DNA of 64,000 bases. It comes from Candidatus Omnitrophota bacterium (GTDB taxonomy: Bacteria; Omnitrophota; Gorgyraeia; JAGLLT01). The stretch's first letter is position 1, and every line of letters starts with the position of its first letter. The DNA lies in the NCBI GenBank assembly GCA_023140385.1, contig JAGLLT010000002.1, forward strand, positions 24,295 to 88,294, given 5' to 3'. The notes under the pieces are model-generated. The model was not told where the DNA came from, ran no database searches, and saw only the letters and a program-made list of their open reading frames with translations. The position numbers and the translations under genes were made by a program. This document shows, piece after piece, positions 37,017-46,884 of this stretch.

Positions 37017-38798
37017 GTGAATTTATTTAATAAGTTTAAATTTGAAGCTGTTATATTTATATTATTTTTTATCCTTGCTTCTATATTTACATTCCCATTA
37101 ATTCTAAATATGCATACTTCTATCTATGATTATCAGGGGGATTTAATGGAGACGCTGTGGTACGCCTGGTGGGTAAAATACGCCTGGCAGCATGATTTGG
37201 ATTGTCAGTTTGTCTCTATTGTAGCCTGTCCTTACGGCATTGATTTATCAAGGGATATCGCAAAGAATATAGGCCTGCAATTTGCTAATTACCCGCTTTT
37301 ACTTCTGACTCTCATGCAGAATGAAATCTTTGCTTACAATTTTATAATGCTGGTTACTTTTCCAATAGCCGGCTTGGCCATGTACTTATTGGCTGTTTAT
37401 CTCACAAGAAACAAGTGGGCGTCGTTTGTAGCCGGCCTCGCCTATGCTTTTTGCCCTTATCACTTTGCCCACGCCAGCCATATAACTTTAGCTAATATTC
37501 AATGGATGCCGCTCTTTATATTATTTCTTTTTAAGCTTCACAAAGAAAGAACTTATTCTAATGCCGTATTATGCGGTTTATTTTTTGCTTTGACATTACT
37601 ATCCGATACTTATTACGGATATTTTATGTTGGTAGCGGCGGCCACGTTTTTTATATTCATGTTGGCAAGGAAGTTTTTCAGGAAGATTAAAAAGCTCCAT
37701 GAGATAAATTTTACGCCGCAGGTAGGCATAATAAAAAACATTAGTTTATTATGCGTTACAGTTTTTACCGCCTGTGTTGTTTGTTTCCCTTATATATTTC
37801 CCATACTTAATTCGTATTTATCCAATGATGGAAAACTGTCTATTTTAAAAAGTTACGAGAGAAATATAAAAGAGTTAAAAGAACCCTCAGCAACAGTTTT
37901 GAACTATCTTTTGCCTTCACCGAATCATCCCTTATTTGGAGCATTTACGTCTAGCTTTGAGGGCTCACTATTTTACGGAGAAAATTATCAGGAATATAAT
38001 CTTTTTTTAGGTTTTTTTGTAATTATCATGTCTATCTATACGCATCGGCTTTGGAGAAATTCTAAAAAAGCTGAGATTGCCGACGCGAAGAAGTCTGAGG
38101 AAATGGATTTTTCGATCAAGTTCTTTATTGCTTTAGCTGTAGTTGCTTTTTCGTTTTCTTTGTATCCGGTCTATAATCTTTTTGGAATGGAAATACATTT
38201 GCCTTCAAGTTTTATTTATAACATCGTACCTTTTTTTAGATCAATAGGGCGCTTCGGAATAGTTTTAATGCTGGCTTTATCAGTTTTAACAGCTTTTGGT
38301 ATTAGGTTTTTATTAGAAATTGACCGAATAGCTAAATTAAAAAAAGTTTTAGTCATTATGTTTTCGGTAATAATTTTATTTGAGTTTTTGTATATTCCGC
38401 CTAATAAAATAGCTAACACCGCGCCTACTGAAGAAGTATATTTTTGGCTTAAGGAGCAGCCGGCTGAAACCTTAATAGTTGAATACCCGATAGAGGAAGA
38501 TGACACAGTAATTTACTTATTTAACCAAAGGGTGCATCAGAAGAAATTAGTTAATGGTGCCCCAAAGGGCACTGAAGCTTATTCAACTAATGAAAAGATA
38601 AGGGATATTTTAAATCCTCAAACTAAAAATATTCTTAATAAATTGGATGTTTCATATGTGGTGATTCACTTTTCCAAGTATTCTCAGCAATCGGAAAGGG
38701 AAAATGTAAAAGCCATGTTGTTAAAATCACCCGAATCTTATAGCTTAATTGAAGAAAAAGATTTCGGGGACACAAAAGTGTACAGGATTAAAAAATGA
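37017..38798 (+). CDS. YfhO-like multi-TM protein, putative GT-C glycosyltransferase
   Basis: YQGD after TM1, AYAFCPYHFAH, QWMPL, YYGYF, PFFRSIGRF, HQKKLVNG, LDVSYVVIH. Confidence 0.65.
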   Translation: MNLFNKFKFEAVIFILFFILASIFTFPLILNMHTSIYDYQGDLMETLWYAWWVKYAWQHDLDCQFVSIVACPYGIDLSRDIAKNIGLQFANYPLLLLTLMQNEIFAYNFIMLVTFPIAGLAMYLLAVYLTRNKWASFVAGLAYAFCPYHFAHASHITLANIQWMPLFILFLFKLHKERTYSNAVLCGLFFALTLLSDTYYGYFMLVAAATFFIFMLARKFFRKIKKLHEINFTPQVGIIKNISLLCVTVFTACVVCFPYIFPILNSYLSNDGKLSILKSYERNIKELKEPSATVLNYLLPSPNHPLFGAFTSSFEGSLFYGENYQEYNLFLGFFVIIMSIYTHRLWRNSKKAEIADAKKSEEMDFSIKFFIALAVVAFSFSLYPVYNLFGMEIHLPSSFIYNIVPFFRSIGRFGIVLMLALSVLTAFGIRFLLEIDRIAKLKKVLVIMFSVIILFEFLYIPPNKIANTAPTEEVYFWLKEQPAETLIVEYPIEEDDTVIYLFNQRVHQKKLVNGAPKGTEAYSTNEKIRDILNPQTKNILNKLDVSYVVIHFSKYSQQSERENVKAMLLKSPESYSLIEEKDFGDTKVYRIKK

Positions 38799-39601
38799 AA
38801 AAATTAATATCAAGGTTGTTCATAATTTTTTTAATTGTGTTTATTTCTGGTTATGCTTTTTATCAACTTTTCGGCTGGCAGCTTGCCGTTCGTCAGTATA
38901 AAAAACATGTCATCTCTGAATTAAAGGTTAACTCAACAACTGGAATACAAGCGCCCGAGAAACTTGTTTATACTCTTAGATATATGGGGCTTCCTTCGGG
39001 TAAGGCTATCTTAAGGGTTGATGATATTGGTGATTATGAAGGGAAAGAGGTTTGTTTTTTAAGCGGTAATGCCAGGACATCTGATTTTATATCGGTATTT
39101 TTTGAAATTGAAGGCTGGGTTAAATCAATACTTGATAAAAAAAAGCTGAATTCATTATATTTCCAGGAACATTCGCAGGCAACAGGCCATAGGCAGAACG
39201 ATAAAGTCGTTGTCTATAATCAGGATAAGCACTATCTGAAGGTTGATGGTGAGCAATTTAGGATATTGCCTGATACAGTTGATCCCCTGGGCAGCTTTTA
39301 TGTTATCAGATTAATTGATTTTGAGCTTCTTAAAGGCGGTTACAGCCTTAATGTTAAAAGCAGAAAAAGAGACAGGACACTCTATGTTAAGTATGAAGGT
39401 ACTGAAATATTAGATTCTCCTTTTGGTAAAATAGAAACTTATAAGATATATATGCATTTAAAGAGAGTTAAGGCGACTTCAAAGCATGAAATTAGCGGCA
39501 ATATGTGGGTTACGGCTGATGAGAAAAGAATACCTGTGAGTATTGATATTAACACCAAGGCCGGGCCGGTGAGCGTCAGACTACTTGACTTAGATTTGTA
39601 A
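38795..39601 (+). CDS. DUF3108-like exported protein
   Basis: PEKLVY, DPLGSFY, SPFGKIETYKI and WVTADEKRIPV pattern; N-terminal TM. Confidence 0.65.
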   Translation: MKKLISRLFIIFLIVFISGYAFYQLFGWQLAVRQYKKHVISELKVNSTTGIQAPEKLVYTLRYMGLPSGKAILRVDDIGDYEGKEVCFLSGNARTSDFISVFFEIEGWVKSILDKKKLNSLYFQEHSQATGHRQNDKVVVYNQDKHYLKVDGEQFRILPDTVDPLGSFYVIRLIDFELLKGGYSLNVKSRKRDRTLYVKYEGTEILDSPFGKIETYKIYMHLKRVKATSKHEISGNMWVTADEKRIPVSIDINTKAGPVSVRLLDLDL

Positions 39602-39617
39602 TATAAAGGGCGCCTGT

Positions 39618-40490
39618 ATGAAGATTGCTTTAGTTTTTAACAAGGATCGGCCGGATACGACCGGTATATATTTTGAGAAGGCCTTAAAAGAATCTCAGGT
39701 AGATTTTGACCATTATCCGGTTGAAGGTTCCAAGAAACTAATTAACAAGAAATACGATTTATTTTTAAGGATAGACCACGGTGATTATAAGTTTGATTTG
39801 GATAAAAGCTTTAGGCCTTTAGCCTTTTTAGCAATCGATACCCACCTCAAGAAACCGTTTAAAAAGATTTGCCGCCAAATGAAGCATTGCGACTTTCTTT
39901 TTGCCGCTCAAAAAGAAGGCGCGAAAAGCCTCGCGAAGGTTTTAAGGCGTTCCGTCTATTGGATACCTCTGGCCTGTAATCCGGAAATTCATAAAAAACA
40001 GGATATTCCCAAAGTCTATGATGTTGGCTTTGTTGGTTCTTGCGGGGGAGAAGGCAGTTTAAGGCAGGAGACACTGCTTTATATTAAGAGTAAAATTAAG
40101 GATAGCTTTATAGGTAACGCGCCTTATAATGAAATGAGCCGCATATATTCAGCATCAAAAATTGGAATAAATTTTTCATTGAATAATGATATTAATATGC
40201 GTATTTTTGAAATTTTAAGCTGTGGGGCTATGTTAATAACCAGCCATGTTGAAAACAACGGTTTTAACGAACTCTTTATTGAGGGTAAGCATCTGGTGAC
40301 TTATAAAGATAAAGAGGAATTAGCCTCAAAGATAGAGTATTTTTTATTGCACGCGGATGAGCGTAAGCGTATTGCCCAAGAGGGCTACGAGTTGGCTGTG
40401 AATAAGCACACATATAAAAACCGTTTAGAGAAGATGTTTTCAATCATAAAAGGAAGCGCAGAAGGGCGGCTTGCGGGCCTTAAACTATGA
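39618..40490 (+). CDS. CgeB/Glyco_trans_1_2-type glycosyltransferase
   Basis: PLACNPEIH, YDVGFVG, SKIGIN, NMRIFEILSCG, HTYKNR. Confidence 0.82.
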   Translation: MKIALVFNKDRPDTTGIYFEKALKESQVDFDHYPVEGSKKLINKKYDLFLRIDHGDYKFDLDKSFRPLAFLAIDTHLKKPFKKICRQMKHCDFLFAAQKEGAKSLAKVLRRSVYWIPLACNPEIHKKQDIPKVYDVGFVGSCGGEGSLRQETLLYIKSKIKDSFIGNAPYNEMSRIYSASKIGINFSLNNDINMRIFEILSCGAMLITSHVENNGFNELFIEGKHLVTYKDKEELASKIEYFLLHADERKRIAQEGYELAVNKHTYKNRLEKMFSIIKGSAEGRLAGLKL

Positions 40491-41518
40491 GTTGCGATAT
40501 AATTATTGTCGTCTGGAATCAGGCTAAAATTACGCGCAGGTGCCTTGAAAGCGTTGTCAATAAGACAGAGGCGGGCTGCCACCTTATTTTAATTGATAAT
40601 GCCAGCAATGATGAAACAAGCAAGTATCTGGAAGATTTTACGAATGCCGCCGGCGATAAAGTAGTTTTATTAAAAAATAAGACTAATCTGGGTTTTCTAA
40701 AGGCCGCTAATCAGGGCCTGACGAAATCTACAGCTAAATTTACCTGTTTATTAAATAATGATACGGTTGTAACCAGGGGTTGGCTGCGGGAGCTTATGAG
40801 TGTGGCTGAAAGCAATCCGAGATTAGGTATACTTAATCCGTCGAGTACAACCTTAGGCCAAAAGGTGCCCTTAAAGGACATAGATAAATATGCCGGTGAA
40901 GTGAAAAAATATCAGGGTGAATATGTTGAAATGGCTCAGGCCAGCGGTTTTTGTATGTTTATAAAAAGGGAGGTTATTGATAAAATAGGCTTACTTGATG
41001 AACGTTATGGACAGGGCTACTTTGAGGATACAGATTATTCACGCAGGGCCAAGGATGCCGGTTTTATCATTGCCAAGGCTTGCGGCAGTTACGTTTATCA
41101 CCAGGAAAACGTTAGTTTTCTCAGGCTAAAGAAAAGAAACGATCTCTTTAATAGAAATAGAAAGATTTTCGAAGAGCGCTGGGGCAGGCCAAAAAGAGTC
41201 TTTGTTGAGTCTAAAGAAGGGTTGAACAAGAGAGAAAATGAGTTGTTTTTAATTGTTGCAAATAAGGCCAACTGGGTTATAATAGCAAGAAATAAGCATG
41301 CCGCGGGAGAGTTAAGGCATTCAAACATAAAATTTCTCTCCTATCCGGCATGGATGTTTTACGTGCTTGTTTTTTTTAAGATACTAAAGCGCGTCAAAAA
41401 AAAGTATGACATCTTAATAATCCGCTCCCGGCGGCTTAAGAATGTGCTTGAATTTTTTAAGTTTATACATAAAGCAAAGGTTGTTGCTTTTAGGCAGGCG
41501 GAAGAGGCGCTGAAATGA
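40487..41518 (+). CDS. GT2 glycosyltransferase
   Basis: IDNASND, NLGFLKAANQG, LLNNDT, GYFEDTDY. Confidence 0.9.
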   Translation: MSCDIIIVVWNQAKITRRCLESVVNKTEAGCHLILIDNASNDETSKYLEDFTNAAGDKVVLLKNKTNLGFLKAANQGLTKSTAKFTCLLNNDTVVTRGWLRELMSVAESNPRLGILNPSSTTLGQKVPLKDIDKYAGEVKKYQGEYVEMAQASGFCMFIKREVIDKIGLLDERYGQGYFEDTDYSRRAKDAGFIIAKACGSYVYHQENVSFLRLKKRNDLFNRNRKIFEERWGRPKRVFVESKEGLNKRENELFLIVANKANWVIIARNKHAAGELRHSNIKFLSYPAWMFYVLVFFKILKRVKKKYDILIIRSRRLKNVLEFFKFIHKAKVVAFRQAEEALK

Positions 41519-42333
41519 GTCAGGATAAAAAAATTCCTTTATCGGTTGTGATTGCGGCTAAGAACGAAGAAGATAATATCGGTGAATGCCTAAAATCAGT
41601 TAAAGAATGGGCGGATGAGCTTATAGTCATTGATGATGAAAGCACTGATAAAACGGCCATTATTGCCGCGGGAATAGCTGATAAGGTAGTTGTTAAAAAA
41701 ATGGAAGTTGAAGGAACCCACCGTAATTACGCGTACAATCTTGCGCGGAACGAGTGGGTATTGAGCCTGGATGCCGATGAGACGGTTACAGAGGAGCTTA
41801 AACGAGAAATAAGCGGGGAACTTGCTAAAGATGATAAATATGCCGCTTACAGTGTTCCCTTAAGGAATTATATCGGTAATTACTGGGTTAAATACGGCGG
41901 CTGGTATCCGGCGGCCAAGGTGCGGCTTTTTATGAAAAGTAAGTTTAAATATGAAGATGCCGGCGTGCACCCGAAGATATTTTTAGATGGGGAATGCGGA
42001 CATTTAAAACGTGATATTATTCACAAAGGTTACCCTGATATAGCGCACTTTTTAGGAAGCCTGAATTATCAGACAACAAAGGAAGCTGAAAAGTGGGCTG
42101 ATGATAAAAGGAAAATGTCTCTATTCAGGGCCCTACGTAAAACCGTAGATAGATTTTTCAGGGCTTATGTTTTGAAGAAAGGTTTTCGTGATGGGTTTAT
42201 CGGCTTAGTGACGGCCGTTTTCGCGGGGCTTTATCAGTTTTTAAGTTATGCTAAATACAGGCAATTAAAAATAGAAGCGGCCGCGGAAAAAGTGCCGGAC
42301 GCCGGGGCCAATGAAGATAAAAAAAGAGGTTGA
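41515..42333 (+). CDS. GT2 beta-glycosyltransferase (WaaE/KdtX-like)
   Basis: AKNEEDNI, DDESTDKT, WVLSLDADE, GGWYP, GFRDG. Confidence 0.88.
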   Translation: MSQDKKIPLSVVIAAKNEEDNIGECLKSVKEWADELIVIDDESTDKTAIIAAGIADKVVVKKMEVEGTHRNYAYNLARNEWVLSLDADETVTEELKREISGELAKDDKYAAYSVPLRNYIGNYWVKYGGWYPAAKVRLFMKSKFKYEDAGVHPKIFLDGECGHLKRDIIHKGYPDIAHFLGSLNYQTTKEAEKWADDKRKMSLFRALRKTVDRFFRAYVLKKGFRDGFIGLVTAVFAGLYQFLSYAKYRQLKIEAAAEKVPDAGANEDKKRG

Positions 42334-43144
42334 CAGCGGCATATATCAACGCGGCTATTACGTAAAGGCCTTTGATGGTAAGGTGGAGAAGTATTTAGAG
42401 TCGCTCAGGGCCGGTGAAACGGGCAACCGCTTTGACGAGGTCTTTCGCAGGGCAGGGTTAAAGGAAGGCGAAAGGGTACTTGATGTCGGCTGCGGCAGAG
42501 GTGAGTTGATATATTTTTCCATACTCAGGGGAGCTTCGCGCGCCGTTGGAGTGGATTACAGCAAAGATGCTTTGGCTATTGCCGAAAAGGCTATCGGGCT
42601 TTTGCCGCCGGAGACGCGAAAAAGGGCGCTTCTTTTATGTAGTAATGTATCAAATTTAGGGCTTGATGAGCAGTTTGACTGCTGTTTTCTGACCGATATC
42701 GTTGAACATCTAACCGATGAACAGTTATCCGGGCTTTTTTTAGAACTCAAAAAGCGCCTGAGTGATAAAGGCAGGCTGATAATCCATACGGCGCCCAATG
42801 TTAACTGGATAAGGTTTGAGTATCCCATAAAGCGTTTTTTGACTATACCGTCAACGGTTATAAAAAGGCTGAGAGGTAAAAAGCCGTACAAAGCCCCCGA
42901 AGGCGCGGGTTTTTTCAGGAAAGTCCTTAATTTTCTGGATATGTATTACGCGCGTGATTATTACAGCTACAGCCTTGATATGCACATAAACGAGCAGTCG
43001 CCGGCTTCGCTAAAGAGGCATCTGCGCTGCGCCGGTTTTGATTATAAACTCTGGTGTGAGGATGGTTCCAGTAATATAATTTCGATAATATGTAAAAGAT
43101 TCTGGGGGCCGGATATCTGGGCGGTCGCCCGGAAGAAAAATTAG
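42311..43144 (+). CDS. Class I SAM methyltransferase
   Basis: VLDVGCGRGE; GVDYS; DIVEHL; HTAPN; MHINE. Confidence 0.88.
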   Translation: MKIKKEVDSGIYQRGYYVKAFDGKVEKYLESLRAGETGNRFDEVFRRAGLKEGERVLDVGCGRGELIYFSILRGASRAVGVDYSKDALAIAEKAIGLLPPETRKRALLLCSNVSNLGLDEQFDCCFLTDIVEHLTDEQLSGLFLELKKRLSDKGRLIIHTAPNVNWIRFEYPIKRFLTIPSTVIKRLRGKKPYKAPEGAGFFRKVLNFLDMYYARDYYSYSLDMHINEQSPASLKRHLRCAGFDYKLWCEDGSSNIISIICKRFWGPDIWAVARKKN

Positions 43145-43166
43145 CGATATATAACGGGGAGAAAAA

Positions 43167-44186
43167 ATGAGCGTAAAAAAAATAGTTAATACCGCGGTTA
43201 TAGGAGTAGGTAATTGGGGTAAGAATTTAGTTAGAAATTTCGCGGAGCTTTCGAACTCTAACTTAATAGCTTGCTGTGATTTAGATGAAAAGAAACTTGA
43301 GAAAATAAAAAAATCTTTTCCAAAAGTTTCAGTCACAAAAAACGTGAACGATGTTTTACGCGATCCGGAAATAGACGCGATTATTGTGGCAACTTCAGCG
43401 TCAACGCATTTTAAGATGGCGAAGAAATGTCTTTTAAGCGGTAAGCACGTGTTTGTAGAAAAACCTTTATGTTTACATGTAAAAGATGTAAATGAACTAA
43501 ATAAAATTGCAAAAGAGAAAAACAAAAAAATTATGGTTGGGCACTTGTTAGAATATCATCCCGCGGTAAATTACCTCAAAGACTTCATTAAATCCGGCAA
43601 GCTCGGAGACATTTATTATATATATTCACAAAGAGTGAATTTGGGTAAAATTAGGGATGATGAAAACGCGCTTTGGAGTTTGGCGCCGCACGATATTTCT
43701 GTTATTTTGTATTTGCTTAATGAAGAACCGGTCTCGGTTGCCGCCCGCGGAGAGTATTATTTACAAAAAGATTTGGAAGATGTGGTTTTTTTAAATTTAC
43801 AGTTTAAGGATAAAAAAATGGCTAACATTCATCTAAGTTGGCTTGACCCGCATAAAATTAGAAAGATAACGGTTGTCGGCAATAAAAAAATGGTGGTATT
43901 TGATGACATGGAAGCAACTGAAAAAATAAAAATTTATGATAAAGGCGCGGATCCAAAAGGCAAGTATGTATCGTACGAGGAGTCTATTACATTAAGAAAT
44001 GGTGACATATTAATTCCCAGTTTTACGTTAAAAGAGCCTCTTAAGTTAGAATGTCAGCATTTTTTAGACTGCATTATAAAAAATAAGAAACCGCTTAGCG
44101 ATGGATATGATGGATTAAGGGTAGTTCGTGTCTTAGAGGCTGCCAGGAAGTCTTTGAAGAAGAATGGTGTTCCCGTTAGATTGTAA
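43167..44186 (+). CDS. Gfo/Idh/MocA oxidoreductase (WbpB/WlbA-like sugar 3-dehydrogenase)
   Basis: GVGNWG, VFVEKP, SLAPHDIS; adjacent to WbpD/WbpE-like genes. Confidence 0.88.
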   Translation: MSVKKIVNTAVIGVGNWGKNLVRNFAELSNSNLIACCDLDEKKLEKIKKSFPKVSVTKNVNDVLRDPEIDAIIVATSASTHFKMAKKCLLSGKHVFVEKPLCLHVKDVNELNKIAKEKNKKIMVGHLLEYHPAVNYLKDFIKSGKLGDIYYIYSQRVNLGKIRDDENALWSLAPHDISVILYLLNEEPVSVAARGEYYLQKDLEDVVFLNLQFKDKKMANIHLSWLDPHKIRKITVVGNKKMVVFDDMEATEKIKIYDKGADPKGKYVSYEESITLRNGDILIPSFTLKEPLKLECQHFLDCIIKNKKPLSDGYDGLRVVRVLEAARKSLKKNGVPVRL

Positions 44187-44199
44187 TGGAGATTGAAAA

Positions 44200-44784
44200 A
44201 TGAAGAAAAAATATTATGCCCACCCATCAGCCTTTATAGACGCGGGAGTCAATATTGGGGTGGAAACGCAAATATGGCATTGCTCGCATATTTTTAAAGG
44301 AGCTCATATAGGAAAAAAGTGTAAAATTGGCCAAAATGTAGTTATTCATGGAAGCGTTGTAGTCGGAGACAATGTTAAAATACAAAATAATGTTTCCGTA
44401 TATGATGGCGTAATTTTGGAAAATGATGTTTTTTGCGGGCCCTCAATGGTCTTTACGAATATTATCAATCCGCGTTCCGCGTATCCTAGAAATACATCCG
44501 ACTCCTATATGAAAACTTTAGTTAAGGAGGGCGCGTCTATAGGAGCTAATGCTACCATTATTTGCGGTAATACCATAGGGAAATATGCTTTTGTCGGAGC
44601 CGGCAGCGTAGTTACTAAAGATGTGCCGGATTATGCTTTAGTCTTTGGATCTCCCGCCGGAATAAAAGGATGGATGTGCCGGTGCGGTGAAAAATTACAT
44701 TTTAAAAAAAATATCGCGCACTGTAAAATATGCGAAAAGAGTTTTGTTCTTAAAAATAGAATTAAATGCGAGGAGACAAAGTGA
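44200..44784 (+). CDS. Hexapeptide-repeat N-acetyltransferase (WbpD/WlbB-like)
   Basis: IWH, KIQNNVSVY, GPSMVFTN, GASIGANATI; C-terminal CRCG...CKIC. Confidence 0.9.
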   Translation: MKKKYYAHPSAFIDAGVNIGVETQIWHCSHIFKGAHIGKKCKIGQNVVIHGSVVVGDNVKIQNNVSVYDGVILENDVFCGPSMVFTNIINPRSAYPRNTSDSYMKTLVKEGASIGANATIICGNTIGKYAFVGAGSVVTKDVPDYALVFGSPAGIKGWMCRCGEKLHFKKNIAHCKICEKSFVLKNRIKCEETK

Positions 44785-45902
44785 AATCTATACCATTGCT
44801 TGATTTACAAAAACAATATTTGAGTATAAAAAAAGAAATTAAAGGCTCAATTGATGAAGTGTTTAATAAGGGTAGATTTATTTTAGGTGATAATGTATGT
44901 AAGTTGGAGGAAGAAATAGCGCGCTATTGCGGCGCGAAACACGCGGTTGGTGTCGCTTCCGGAACAGACGCTTTAGAACTGTCATTAGCAGCATTGAATA
45001 TAGGCAGGGGAGATGAAGTTATAACGACACCCTATACTTTTGTGGCAACAACCGAATCAATTTGCAAAGTTGGCGCAAGACCCGTTTTTGTAGATATTGA
45101 CGAAAAAACATACAATATTGACCCGCGTAAAGTTGAAAAAAAAATAAATAAAAAAACAAAAGCCATAATACCGGTTCATTTATATGGACAAACCTGCGAT
45201 ATGGCCCCAATAATGAAATTAGCAAGAAAATATAATTTAAGAGTTATAGAAGACACCGCTCAATCAATGGGAGCTGAATATAAAGGAAAAAAAGCCGGCT
45301 CTTTTGGGGACACCGGAACCTTTAGCTTTTTTCCAAGCAAAAATTTAGGCGGTTATGGAGATGGAGGCATGATAATAACTAACAATAGAAAGATTTATAA
45401 TACACTTCGTAATCTCAGATCGCACGGATGCAAAAAGAAATACTACCATCTTATCAATGGATATAATAGCCGTTTGGACGAAATTCAGGCGGCTGTATTA
45501 AGGGTAAAGCTGCGATATTTAGGTGATTGGAACGATGCTCGAGAGAAAAATGCTCAGTATTATAACTTACTTTTTAAAGATTTGACTGATAAATGTATAA
45601 TTCCTTTTAAACCTGAAGAAAATAAGCATGTTTATTGCCTATATACAATCCGAGCTTCCTTGAGAAATAAATTGAGCGTTTATCTTAAAACGAAAAGTAT
45701 TTCAAGCGCGATATATTACCCCATTCCGCTGCATTTGCAAAAAGTTTATAAATATTTAGATTACAAAAAAGGCAGCATGCCTGTAAGTGAAAAGGTTTCA
45801 AGGGATATTTTATCTTTACCTATGTATCCTGAATTGACTAAAAGCGAACAAGAAAGAGTTGTAACAGAAATAGCTAATTTTTACAGAAAGGCAGCCAAAT
45901 GA
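44781..45902 (+). CDS. DegT family aminotransferase (WbpE/WlbC-like)
   Basis: GTG start overlapping the upstream stop, GAGGAG RBS; SGTDAL, VHLYGQ, SFFPSKNLGGYGDGG, NSRLDEIQAA. Confidence 0.93.
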   Translation: MKSIPLLDLQKQYLSIKKEIKGSIDEVFNKGRFILGDNVCKLEEEIARYCGAKHAVGVASGTDALELSLAALNIGRGDEVITTPYTFVATTESICKVGARPVFVDIDEKTYNIDPRKVEKKINKKTKAIIPVHLYGQTCDMAPIMKLARKYNLRVIEDTAQSMGAEYKGKKAGSFGDTGTFSFFPSKNLGGYGDGGMIITNNRKIYNTLRNLRSHGCKKKYYHLINGYNSRLDEIQAAVLRVKLRYLGDWNDAREKNAQYYNLLFKDLTDKCIIPFKPEENKHVYCLYTIRASLRNKLSVYLKTKSISSAIYYPIPLHLQKVYKYLDYKKGSMPVSEKVSRDILSLPMYPELTKSEQERVVTEIANFYRKAAK

Positions 45903-46867
45903 CAGTAAAAAATAAAATAATATTTATTAGTGGAGGCGCCGGTTTTATAGGCACACACTTGACTCAACGACTGGCCAGTAATAACAAGATTATTATATAT
46001 GATAATTTCCATAGAGATGCTCTATCCAAATCCAGCATTTTTTCACATAAAAATGTTGAAATTATCAACGGTGATATTTTAGATCTGGAATTATTGAAAA
46101 AATCATTGCCTAAAGCTGATTATATTATACACCTGGCCGCTATTGCCGGCATAGACTCTGTTGTAAAAGATCCGGTTAAAACAATTGAAATAAATGCTAT
46201 CGGAACATATTATATGCTTGAAGCGGCAAAAAGATTGAAATGTTTAAAAAGATTTCTATATTTTTCAACGAGTGAAGTATTTGGATCAAAAGCGTATCAG
46301 GTCACAGAGGACGATGATGCCGTTTTGGGCAAAGTAGGTGAACCAAGATGGGTATATGCTACAGGAAAATTCTTTAGTGAACATATGATAGCGGCCTACG
46401 CCAAAAAGTATAAAATGCCCTATTCCATTATAAGGCCCTTTAATGTTTACGGCCCGCAGCAGGTTGGTGAGGGGGCTGTCCAGGTATTTATTAAAAAGGC
46501 TTTGCGCGATGAAAATATAAAAATTATCGGTGATGGCGGCCAAATACGGACATGGACATATATAGATGATTTATTAGAAGGTGTTTTTTTGTGCCTAACA
46601 AAAAAGACATCTAAAAACCAGGTATTTAATATAGCTAACGCTCAATCTCAAATTACTATTTTGAATTTAGCTAAAAAAATCATAAGCTTAGCGCGTTCAA
46701 AATCGAAAACTATACATCTTCCGCAAAAAGAAGTAGATGTTTATTTAAGAGTGCCTAAAATAGATAAGGCAATAAAGCTACTGGGCTTTAAACCTAAGGT
46801 TGACTTAGAGGATGGCCTGGCGCGGACAATTAAATGGTTTAGAAAAAACGCGAAACAATTTGTGTAA
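45899..46867 (+). CDS. NAD-dependent epimerase/dehydratase
   Basis: SGGAGFIG, STSEVFG, RWVYATGK, RPFNVYGP; same subfamily as 15673..16638. Confidence 0.9.
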   Translation: MTVKNKIIFISGGAGFIGTHLTQRLASNNKIIIYDNFHRDALSKSSIFSHKNVEIINGDILDLELLKKSLPKADYIIHLAAIAGIDSVVKDPVKTIEINAIGTYYMLEAAKRLKCLKRFLYFSTSEVFGSKAYQVTEDDDAVLGKVGEPRWVYATGKFFSEHMIAAYAKKYKMPYSIIRPFNVYGPQQVGEGAVQVFIKKALRDENIKIIGDGGQIRTWTYIDDLLEGVFLCLTKKTSKNQVFNIANAQSQITILNLAKKIISLARSKSKTIHLPQKEVDVYLRVPKIDKAIKLLGFKPKVDLEDGLARTIKWFRKNAKQFV

Positions 46868-46884
46868 GGAGGATAATAATAAAT

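Noticed and set aside
45130-45160. A/T homopolymer runs (8-9 nt) as phase-variation sites
   Set aside because: Expected in AT-rich, Lys/Phe-rich genes; frames are intact and no long G/C tracts were seen.
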